Source: Lama guanicoe (lineage: Eukaryota). From it: DNA of 64,000 bases. The DNA is taken from positions 2,558,283 to 2,622,282 of the forward strand of contig MU053561.1 in the NCBI GenBank assembly GCA_013239625.1. The letters run 5' to 3'. A program made the position numbers and the translations under genes. A model generated the notes under the pieces. The model had not been told where the DNA came from. It did no database searches and worked only from the letters and a program-made list of their open reading frames with translations. Below, in pieces: positions 1-9,997 of this stretch. Every line of letters begins with the position of its first letter. Position 1 is the first letter of the stretch.

Positions 1-267
1 TCTCTCCTAGTTCTCAAGTTCTGGAAGCTTATGAATTATACTCCGCTTATACCAACATCAAGCAGATTATCAGTCTATGACAAGATGCTAAAGTTAGTCA
101 AGTAAATTTAAATTTTTCCCTAAATAGGAGATACTGACTATATTTAAGATCTCAAAAAACATTAAGTGAAACAGGAGGCAAACAATTAATTCTCGAAGGT
201 AACCAAATAGTCCTTTGAATTAAAAGTCCCAACAGGGTCTGCCTTGCTTAAAGAAAAGAACAGTTGT

Positions 268-425
268 GGGGGGGAGGGTACAGCTCAGTGGTAGAGCATG
301 TGCTTAGCATGCACGAGGTCCTAGGTTCAATCCCCAGTGCCTCCTTTAAATAAATAAATATATAAGCAAACAAACAAACAAACCTAGTTACCTCCCCCAT
401 CCACCCCCCCCCAAAAAAAAAAAAG
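268..425 (+). mobile_element. tRNA-Ala-like SINE (camelid type)
   Basis: GGGGAGGGTACAGCTCAGTGGTAGAGC...GGTTCAATCCCCAG, AT-rich linker, C-rich tract, polyA; TSD AAAGAAAAGAAC. Confidence 0.92.
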
Positions 426-553
426 AAAGAAAAGAACTGTCTTTCAGAGACAGTACGATGAAGACCAACCAGTTTATACCGGATGTCAGGCTAACTTCTG
501 GGGACACCGCAGGTTAAGCAGAGTCAGGTTTGAAAACAGACGAGCAACCCTAC

Positions 554-620
554 CTGCCATGGGAGGCTTCCACACCACCGCTTCCCCTCGGCCTTACTTC
601 TGACGCACCGGAAGAACAAT
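554..620 (-). CDS. TTF2: TTF2 coding exon 4 (67 nt); gene continues beyond the left edge
   Basis: Minus strand cattag|ATTGTTC...TGGCAG|gtaggg; in phase with exon 3, encodes (R)[22 protein letters not shown], matching my recollection of mammalian TTF2. Confidence 0.95.
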
Positions 621-1039
621 CTAATGAGGCAAAACACACAAAAAACCAAGGTTGTGAAAATCCATTAAAACCAGAGATGTATTTGTTTTCAGTCCAAGAA
701 AACATCTTACAACCGTCTGATACTGGTTTTGAAAGGTCGCCTGAAACCAATGACTCTCGGATGTAGTAATTCTTTACTGCACACACAGCACAGGATATTT
801 ATGAGGGCTGAGAAGTGAGAGAATACAGATGTCACGGTAACCAGAGGGCATGCATAGATTTACTCTTTTAACTCAACTGAAATGGAAACACTGATCAGCA
901 AAGGCTCCTCAAATCAGAAAAAAGGAGATAACCAGACATGATGTGTCCCTAATGGGGAGCCATAATATAATCTATGAAGTAAAAAAAATAAAAACAAACA
1001 AAAAAACCAAATAAGCCAAATCAAAACAAACAAGAACTA

Positions 1040-1605
1040 ACCCGACTCTGGTCAAACCTCTGGATCCAATTACCAATTCACCGGAAATAAAAACAACAGA
1101 GGAACACATAAAACTAGACCATGGGGATATAGTCTGTAAAGTCTTCAGAGTGGGAAATGCAATAAGACAACACCTTGACTCCTTTAACAAGGAAATCACA
1201 AGAGAGAAAAAAAGATTGGTGGCAGGGACCTACTTAAGAGACTTAAAAGACATATCAATCAACAGCAATTTGTGGGCCTTATTTGGATCGTGACTTAAGC
1301 AAAATAACAAAAGCTACAAGAAAATAAACTATTTATAACATTTATGAATCAACCAGAAGTCTGTACACAATTGGTTAAAAAAAGAGAGTCCATACCTTTT
1401 AGAGCAACAAACTGAAATATTTACTGGAGAATGACACTATCTGGGATCTGTTTCAAAATACGGCAGGAGTTGGGCGGTGGAGTGGGTAGGGTATATATGG
1501 AACAAGATTAGCCACGAGTTGGTGACTGTTGAAGCTCATGTGCTGCATTATTCTATCCTGTCTACTTTTGTATATATTTCCAATGTTCCATTAAAACAAA
1601 AAAAG
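1040..1605 (+). mobile_element. Old L1M 3' UTR fragment
   Basis: TTAAGAGACTTAAAAGACATATCAATC...GGAACAAGATTAGCCACGAGTTGGTGACTGTTGAAGCT...TCTACTTTTGTATATATTT. Confidence 0.6.
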
Positions 1606-2177
1606 ACTAATACAGACTTACATCCCAGTGCAAGACAGTTCCTGCTCACACAAACACTACCTACACTCCAGCTATGCAGAAATGGCTACACTGTGCCATT
1701 CCCAAACTAAGCCACGCACTCTCCATCCTACCAGACTTTGCATGTGTACCACCCTCCATCCAAAGGATGTCCTCCTATCCCTGTTTGCCCACCATCTACC
1801 CCCATCACCGCTCTCAAAGTCCAAAAGGGCCCTCAACAGCCAGTTCAAGACATACTTCCTTTGCACGGTTTTCCCACGTTCCTTGCCCTGTTCATCCATC
1901 GTACTGCTTCTGTATTTTTGTTGTATTTGGTTGTATTACACTAGTGTCTGCCTGTGTGCCCAGCTATATATTCACCAACTAGAAGGCAATCACTATATTT
2001 GATTTCTTCATTCTTAACTATTCCTCGCCCTTTGTACATAATAGTTAAGTACTGCTGGATTAAACAGAACCAGCTGATTTTTCCCTTACCCCAAATGACT
2101 CCTCAAAAAACATTTAATCAGTTAAATAAGAGCTTTTACAATGCATAATTTGAGTGTTTAAATGGGTAATACACTCA

Positions 2178-2346
2178 GGGGGAGGGTATAGCTCAGTGGT
2201 AGAGAGCATGCTTACTTAGCATGCTTGAGGTCCTGGGTTCAATCCCTAGCACCTCCATTAAAAAAAATAAATAAGTAAACCTAATTACCTCCCCACCTCC
2301 AAAAAAGAAAATAAACTGTACAAAAGTAAAATAAATGTTCAAAATA
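2178..2346 (+). mobile_element. tRNA-Ala-like SINE
   Basis: A/B box head, ACCTAATTACCTCCCC tail, degenerate TSD AAAT(G/A)GGTAA..ACTCA. Confidence 0.9.
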
Positions 2347-3085
2347 AATAGGTAACATACTCAATCAGAAAGTATGCAATGGCACTGAAAAGCACCTCCT
2401 TCCCTGTCTGCTTACTTCACATGCCCTGACATAACCATTTCTATGGGTTTTTTGTTCGCCTTTCCAGATGTTTTTAATGCATATTCAGATCAATATATTT
2501 TATTTCTTCTTTTTCTACTCATATGGATACCATAGCATACATATTACTAAATACTTGTTTGCTTTTTTTTTTCCTTAATGTCTTGGAGACATTTTTATAA
2601 AAACATACACATAAAGGATTTCTTCATGTGTGTGTATGTGTATATATTTTTTCTTTTTTTTTTTTTACAGCTGTATAGTTTTTTTACATAGCCAGTTTTC
2701 CACTATAAGGATGTTTCATTATTTATGTAACCAGATCCCTCTTGATGGACAGTCTGATTGCTTCCAATCCTTTCCTATTAAAAGCAATATCACAGTGAAT
2801 AACCTCTTGTATGTCATTTCGCATGTATTTTAATATATCTGTAGGGCAACTTTCTATATCTCGTACTGTGTGTATTATGGCCTTCTCCGCTTTTCTTCAT
2901 CAATTAGCTTCTGGATTTTATTTATTAGTTCTCCTTTTGTTGCTTTCTAACTCGTTAAATTCCATTCTCCCTGCATTAATTCCTTTCTTGTGCTTTTTTT
3001 CCATTTAATTTCTTGCTCTTTTTTGAACTTCTTAAATTAGTCCTGTGATCTACAACATGAATCATAACAGTCTGAGTCCTAACTC

Positions 3086-3492
3086 AAAAAGAATCCTGAG
3101 CACAACATTGTAAAATGATTATAAATCAATAAAAAAAGTTAAAAAAAAAAAAAAAGAATCCTGAGCACAACATTGTAAAATGATTATAAATCAATAAAAA
3201 CAGTTAAAAAAAAAAAAAAAGAATCCTGAGCACAACATTGTAAAATGATTATAAATCAATAAAAACAGTTAAAAAAAAAAAAAAAGAATCCTGAGCACAA
3301 CATTGTAAAATGATTATAAATCAATAAAAACAGTTAAAAAAAAAAAAAAAGAATCCTGAGCACAACATTGTAAAATGATTATAAATCAATAAAAACAGTT
3401 AAAAAAAAAAAAAAAGAATCCTGAGCACAACATTGTAAAATGATTATAAATCAATAAAAAAAGTTAAAAAAAAAAAAAAAGAATCCTGAGCA
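3086..3492 (+). repeat. Tandem array, 6 x 65 bp, unit = TSD + L1 3' terminus + A15
   Basis: GAATCCTGAGCA recurs at 3091, 3156, 3221, 3286, 3351, 3416 and 3481; unit core CACAACATTGTAAAATGATTATAAATCAATAAAA matches the L1 end at ~16258-16296. Confidence 0.95.
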
Positions 3493-5864
3493 GGTCTTGA
3501 CTGCTCCGATGCCATTACTTCACTTGGACATAGAAGCAACGATAACAAGTCCCAAGTGGACAAGTAAGTATTCCATAAAACTCACATTAAAAAGAAAACA
3601 GGACCAGTCACTCATACAAACTCACAATTTTCCCATTCATGCTCACAATCTTTAAAAACATTTATTAGTCTCCTTAATTCTTACTGCAATAGGCCACTAT
3701 ATTGAACACAGAGTTCGGCAAATTTCTGAAATGCCTTGAATGCACAAAAATTCAAAGTACTGGCTACTTTTAGGGAGTCCTGTTACTTATGGAAATAAGA
3801 CAAGAACAAATTGCTGCTGTTGTTTAAGTGTATCAAGTATCTGAAATCTTCACCGAAAGAACGTTTTATAAATAGAATCTATTTTAAAATCCAAGCCTCA
3901 GAGACTTTCGGGAGAAGGGTAAGATTTGGAAAAAGGGGGAAGAAAACAATACATTCTGAGCATTTACTGTATGCAAGGTACGGTGCTCAAAATGCTTCCA
4001 CTCACGTCTTTATTAAAATCAATCTGGATGGGCTTCTCTGTTTTTAGGATAAAAAATTTGTTATGTTTACTAAATTGTAAAATCAACAGAGAAAGCAGTG
4101 GAAATATATTCTCATAGAGAAACCAAACATTGATTCTTATAAAAAAGAACATAATTTCTGTAGTATGTTCATGAATTATTTTCCAGGACATAGGCTATGA
4201 ACAATAATGATGAAGAAATCAGTAGCGGTCATTCAAGGCCAAGTTCAAGTCTCAATTCCTCCCTTTTCTCAGTAACTTTCATCAGCCTTAATCTCTTACT
4301 CTAGGTCTTACAGTCACAGAAGCACCTAGCATTTGACCACACCCAATTTTGCATTCTAACATGTGCAAATCCAACAGCTTGTCGATCTTTGTGTGTCTCT
4401 TACCCCAACTGTGTCACAGGGCCCTTAGGAGTTAAAGGTTCACTTCTTTATAGGCAGCAATGGAAAAACATAAAGCTAGATTTCTACTTCATTCTTTGAC
4501 ACAAAAACTCAAGATGGAGCAAAATGAAAATGTTAAAAAAAACTGTAAATGTTCTAGGAAAAACACAGAGGTGAATATTTTTGCAATCCTAAAGCGAAGG
4601 AGAATGACAAATTCCTGAGGCTGAGAGATAAAGGATTTAGTAATTTGACTACATAAAAGTATTAAACTTCCATATAGTAAAAATATTATAGGCAAAATAG
4701 TAACACAAAAGGCAAAGTGGGAAAAGTACTTGCTATGCATATTATAAAGGGCTAATATCCTCTCCCTCCAAGGATGACTTTTTTATAGCTCAGTGCGTGA
4801 CACTCTACAGCACCCAGTGAGAGCACTGGCTTTATTGAGTGGGCTTCTTCATGGGCTGGTGAGGCCTGAGGTCCTTCTGCATGGGTCTGGCTCACACCCA
4901 GATACACCTCTATGTCATTATCTTAGACAATCATGGTTGGGTTAGGTAATCTGCATGCCAATTTGACTCAGTAACCAACCACATAAGGAGCTTCCCAGAC
5001 ATGCAAAGATCCAAGTGTTATCAAACATAAAGTATTCTGAGCATCCCACCCCAACCAGTTATTTAAAGAACTAAAGCTTGTTTTACTCGACAGACAAAAG
5101 AATATTTCCATCTATTCTGACCGCATATCCTTGAGAATAAAAGTTGAGAGACAGAGGGAGAGAGATTGAAAGAGAACATGAACTCAGGAGCCAGATGATA
5201 ATGTCCAACATTTGTGTATCAACACGCACCACATCATTTACATCAGGGCAAGAGTTCTTCCCTCTGGTTCTACTGAGAGGCCATCATGGTTTTCTTCACT
5301 GCCCATAAACAGAGGGTCTTGGCCAAGGGGTCCGTCAAATGCTGGTGAGTGGTACATCTGGTGTTTAAGTTAGAGAACTGCACACAAAAGCAGCTTCACT
5401 CCAAAGTAAGAAAAATGGGCACCTTAGTCTTACTTCAGTGTGTACCTCCCCTCCGTTACGCTGCTACCCGTCTCCTAGCTAGGTTACACGTTAAACATAG
5501 TGATAGTAATTCAAAGATGTAAAGTACTTTAAGTTCTTGAGAAGAAAACCTAGTTGAAGGGAAGGAAAGGCTGTACTCCCTGATGTCATTCTCCAGAGGA
5601 GGGGTTCTGGCGAGAGGCCCTACTGTCTGCTCAGAAGGTCATCATCCATAGAAACATGACCTACTTCTGCTTAAATTTCCAGCCTGTACCGCCTATCAAG
5701 GTACTTGTTGGGTTTTTTCTTTTGTTTTGTTTTGTTTTGTTTTTAATTTGTTGTGTGTTACAGAACTACATTTTACTTGTCCTAAAGCAACCTTTTAAAG
5801 CTTTAGTAAGTACCTCTTAATAAGTGTTCTAGATTTGGGCTAAAAGAAATACATTTAGCATTCT

Positions 5865-6000
5865 TTTTCTATTTTTTTGTTTTGTTGTGTTTTTTTTTAT
5901 CAGGTTTATTTATTTATTTATTTAATGAAGGTACTGGGGACTGAACCCAGGACCTCATGCATGCTAAGCATGTGCTCTACCACTGAGCTATATCATCCCC
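5865..6000 (-). mobile_element. tRNA-Ala-like SINE
   Basis: GGTACTGGGGACTGAACCCAGGACCTCATGCATGCTAAGCATGTGCTCTACCACTGAGCTA. Confidence 0.9.
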
Positions 6001-7025
6001 TGCTTTTACTATTTTAGAATAATGATCACCTCTCAGGCTCATCTACCTAGTCTGAAGAAAATTAAAGACAAGTTCTCAAAATTCTACCTTCAGCCTAGAC
6101 CTTTTTTCAGAGCTGCACACTCATTTTTCTAGCTGGTTTCAGACATACATAAGACACAATATATCCACAGCTCTACCTGTAAGCCACACATCTCAGTCCT
6201 CTACTGATGTTACCTTCCCTTCCTTGTCTTGCCTAATGGTAAACTCATCACCCATAAACCCCACCTTAGCAACCATGTCCTGAGCACTGACCACATGCCA
6301 AATGCCAGGCTAAGGGTATCACACACATGACCTCACCGAACCCTCAAAACCCAGGGAAGTGGGGGCCACTGTGATCACTATCCCAGGGGAATAAATGGAG
6401 GAAGGACCATGCTTAAATGTCCTACCAGGAAATGTGCCTCATCAATTCTGTTTTGGCAAGCGTTCTCCAGTCTGCCTGCCCCCAACTCCACCGCCCTGGC
6501 CTCGATCCAAACCCATCTTTCACTTAGAGACGGTGGGTATGCCTGCAGTCAGACCGAGGCTGGAATCCCAGTGATGCCACGTCATAACCATGGGTCCTGG
6601 GATTGACCCCTTTTCTAACTTCTCTAAATGTTTCCTCACCTGTGTGTAAAACAGGGGTACTGAAACCTATCACAGCAGATTCTGTGAAGACAAGAGGCAA
6701 TGACTATGCCACATAGTAGGCATTCATTAGTAGCTATTATCTCAGTGGGCTCCTTGCCTCCACTGCCTTCACTTCCTAATCTAACTTCCCTAGTTCTTCT
6801 CCCCCGCCCCATTCTATTATTGCAAATCGAATCAAAAACTCTTCAGGGACTTCCTACAACACAGGCAATATTTCTATATGATACAGGGCCCCCAGTCATA
6901 TATAAATGGTTTTAGGTGTCAGGACATCCTAACTTCATGCACTAGAGGCTTACCGGCCACGCTGTACTAGCAGAAAACAACAGAAAAGTGAATTATTTAA
7001 AAATTCCATTTATAACAGGGTCACA

Positions 7026-7162
7026 GGGGAGAGTATAGCTCAAGTGGTAGAGCGCATGCTTAGCATGCATGAGGTCCTGGGTTCAATCCCCAGTACCTCC
7101 TCTAAAAGTAAATAAATAAATGAACCTAATTACCTCCTCCCTGCCCAAAAAAATTATTAAAA
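7026..7162 (+). mobile_element. tRNA-Ala-like SINE inserted in an old L1 ORF2 fragment (~6960-7445)
   Basis: Full head and tail; TSD AAAAATTCCATTTATAACA(G/A)GGTCA at 6999-7023 and 7163-7187. Confidence 0.92.
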
Positions 7163-7791
7163 AAAAATTCCATTTATAACAAGGTCAAAAAACAGAAATG
7201 CTGAGGACTAAATTTAACCAAAAGGGTTATAATGAAAACTATTCAACAATGCTGAAAGAAATTTTAAAAGTCAAAAATACACCATGCTCATGGACTGGAA
7301 GATCAACACTGATGTCAGTTCTCCCCAGATCGATCCATATAGATTCAATGTAATCCCAGAGAGGTTTTTCTGAGGAAATTTTAAAAGCTGATTCTGCATT
7401 TTATACGGAAATATAAAGGACCTTGAATAGCCAATCTTGAAAAAGACATTTTTAGACATCACCTCATTCTACTACCAGAATGTGAAAGTTGACAAGTTAG
7501 TGCAAGTGAATGACTACTGCTGGACTGAGGTTACCGGCTACTGGAGAGCTGGAGAGGGAGGGAGGCGGAGAGTTTATCTGGAAATTAACCAGAGGTCAGG
7601 CTTCTCAGATTAACCAGTTGCTTAGTGGTTAGGAAGTAACAGCCCAGAAGACATTCAATACATATAGAAACACCATCCATTTATGAATGACTTTTAAAGA
7701 ATAGTCAATCCAAGAAACCACCCAACTGTAACTCATCCAGGCAAAGAAAGAAAAAAAACAAATACACTGAGATGTTCTTTCAGACACTTAC

Positions 7792-7878
7792 CTGTATTCT
7801 TTCTTGCCCTGTGGTAGAGACAGACCCTGAAGTTCTACCACAACGTCCTCATGCAATAAACAATGTGAGACAGGAATG
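7792..7878 (-). CDS. TTF2: TTF2 coding exon 3 (87 nt)
   Basis: ttttctccag|CATTCC...TACAG|gtaagt; encodes (D)[28 protein letters not shown](R), seen at the end of ORF 7788..8054. Confidence 0.96.
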
Positions 7879-9786
7879 CTGGAGAAAAAAAAATTGAAAT
7901 TTTGTTTTAGGAGGCAAAGAATAGAGGTCGATGTCCTAAAATTAAAAATCAAAAGATGGATTTTAAACTTAAGGGTCCGTGTATGACTTCCACTGGGTTT
8001 GTAAACCCCACACACTTTTATATCCACGTGCATACCTCTGGGGAAAGAGCCCAATTTTCATCTTTTCTCTCTCCCCCATATAGAGTATGACAATAAATGT
8101 ATCTTTTTCCTGATGACTCAAAAGTTTAAAATTATGCTGTGCTATATGATGACTACACTGTGATACCTCCAGGCTGGGAATTCTCCCCAGGTTCTGCCAT
8201 CATCCTTTTTCCTTTAATAACCTGTTAGCTGTCACTCAAGTGTTGTTCACATACCTACTCTAGCAACACATTCTCCTAACTTGCTTCATGCTAGCTTGGT
8301 ATAAGCTTTTAACTTCTCCCTTCTAATTTCTTACTATGAAAAAATTTATGTATAACATTTGAGAGGTTTGAGTGAAGGTCAAAAGTATTCTCACATGACC
8401 TGTAGCATTTTCTTTCTTTCTTTTTGCTTATATTCTGGCTACCAGACATATTCCAAATAGGTCAAATTTATCAAATAACCATTTTCAAGTTAAACATAAT
8501 TGTACTAGTTTTGTAGAGCAGTACATTTTTATAAATGGTACTTTACTTAAGGGCATGTTTCTTTTCATTTAAAGCCCGATCTTATGCTTCCATTAATGTT
8601 TAATTCTGAACATGCTTTCATGTCTCATAAAAACCTGAGCTAGGTACTAAACCTAAGAAGCTCTGTAGAAAAGAAATCAGAGTACATAGTAAATCTGACA
8701 TAATGGTATGTTGTTGACAGCTTGAGTATTTTTGTTTGGTCTCATCTATCTTAAGATTAAACACTGATTTAAATAAAGTCATTTCGTATTTAATTAGTCT
8801 AGATCCTAGTAATTTCAAATGAAAAAACAACTTATTGGAAGACTAAGAAAATATTTTCTCTAAAAACTTATCTTGTAAATCTGAAAAAGGGTAAAAATCT
8901 CCCACTTAGTTTCAAATCATAAAAATACAAGTAATCTAAATCATGTGGGGGAAACATGAGAAGTTAATATACATGCTGAAAAAATACCGTATTTTCTAGT
9001 ACTGATATGCATTATGTGCCCTATATGTTATGAAGAAAAATAACTTTTCTCTACCAAGTTCAGTAGAAAGCAGGAAAAAATGCATAATGACGTGACAGTT
9101 TAAAACATCACTAGACACTGTGGACACCTGGTACTGTGAAAACATTAACAACACTTTACAAGAACAGTATTAACTTTCCTGACTTCAAAGGTGCTTAATA
9201 TTTCCGGGTCTCAGCTTTCAATTTGGTAAAAACTAGAGTGCTGAATCAGATTTCTGCTGTTGCTTCTGCTTTAATCCCTAAAGTAACTTGTTTATTTTCA
9301 TTATAAGTCTCATCACTTAAATGCAGAGAACCCAATTTTTTTAAAGGGGCTGATAAGATGACTACCAGAATGTTTTAATCTAAAATGTTTAAAAACCAGT
9401 TTGGCCTAAAACTAGTGCAAAACTGGGGCCAGTTATTTTCTGCTATGCCTGTATGTCCTCACTTAAATGGGGTAGTGGGTAACGTCAGAGCAGGAGAAGG
9501 AAGTGGTCAAAGCATGACAGGTGAAGAGAAACCCAGAACCGGAATGGGCTAGAAGTATCCAGAGGTAGCCGATCCTCCATTTTATTGATGAGGAAATTGG
9601 CGGCCCAGAGAGGGAAGGAAACCAGCCTTGGGTCACACAGCAAGCAGAAGCGGAGCGTCTCCCGAACATGCCAAGGGCCCTAGCTCCCAGCTCTCTCAGT
9701 CCTTGTGGCGCCAGACAGCGGGGAGCCGCGACTTCCCCGGGAGGCCGCGCGCGGTCGCAGGGAACCGTGCCCAGCTCGAGACCTAC

Positions 9787-9889
9787 TCGGTGGCCCGCAC
9801 GAAGCTGCACGTGTCCGCCCGGCACACGTAGAAGCTCTTTCCTTTATTCGGGCCATGGCGCACGCCAGTCTTCAGGAAGCATAAGGTCC
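9787..9889 (-). CDS. TTF2: TTF2 coding exon 2 (103 nt), GRF-type zinc finger
   Basis: tctcctcag|GGACC...ACCGA|gtaggt; encodes (G)[33 protein letters not shown](D); GPNKGxxFYxC is the GRF Zn-finger signature. Confidence 0.96.
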
Positions 9890-9969
9890 CTGAGGAGAGA
9901 AGGTCCACAACGATTACGCCACGCTAGATGGACAGACCCCCAAGGGACCCTGGGACCCTGACCTCCTAC

Positions 9970-9997
9970 CGTGCTCGGGACACCTAACCGCTTCCAT
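9970..9997 (-). CDS. TTF2: TTF2 coding exon 1 (start codon, 28 coding nt), transcription termination factor 2 (SNF2-family ATPase)
   Basis: gggATGGAAGCGGTTAGGTGTCCCGAGCACG|gtagga = MEAVRCPEH(G); strong Kozak context; phase matches exon 2; lies in a CpG island. Confidence 0.95.

Noticed and set aside
3086..3492. CRISPR-like repeat/spacer appearance
   Set aside because: Spacers are essentially identical and are L1 tails with polyA; mammalian intron; no cas genes
7026..7101. tRNA-Ala(AGC) gene (also at the other SINE heads)
   Set aside because: Followed by the shared SINE tail and polyA, flanked by TSDs, and present in 12 diverged copies: SINEs, not tRNA genes
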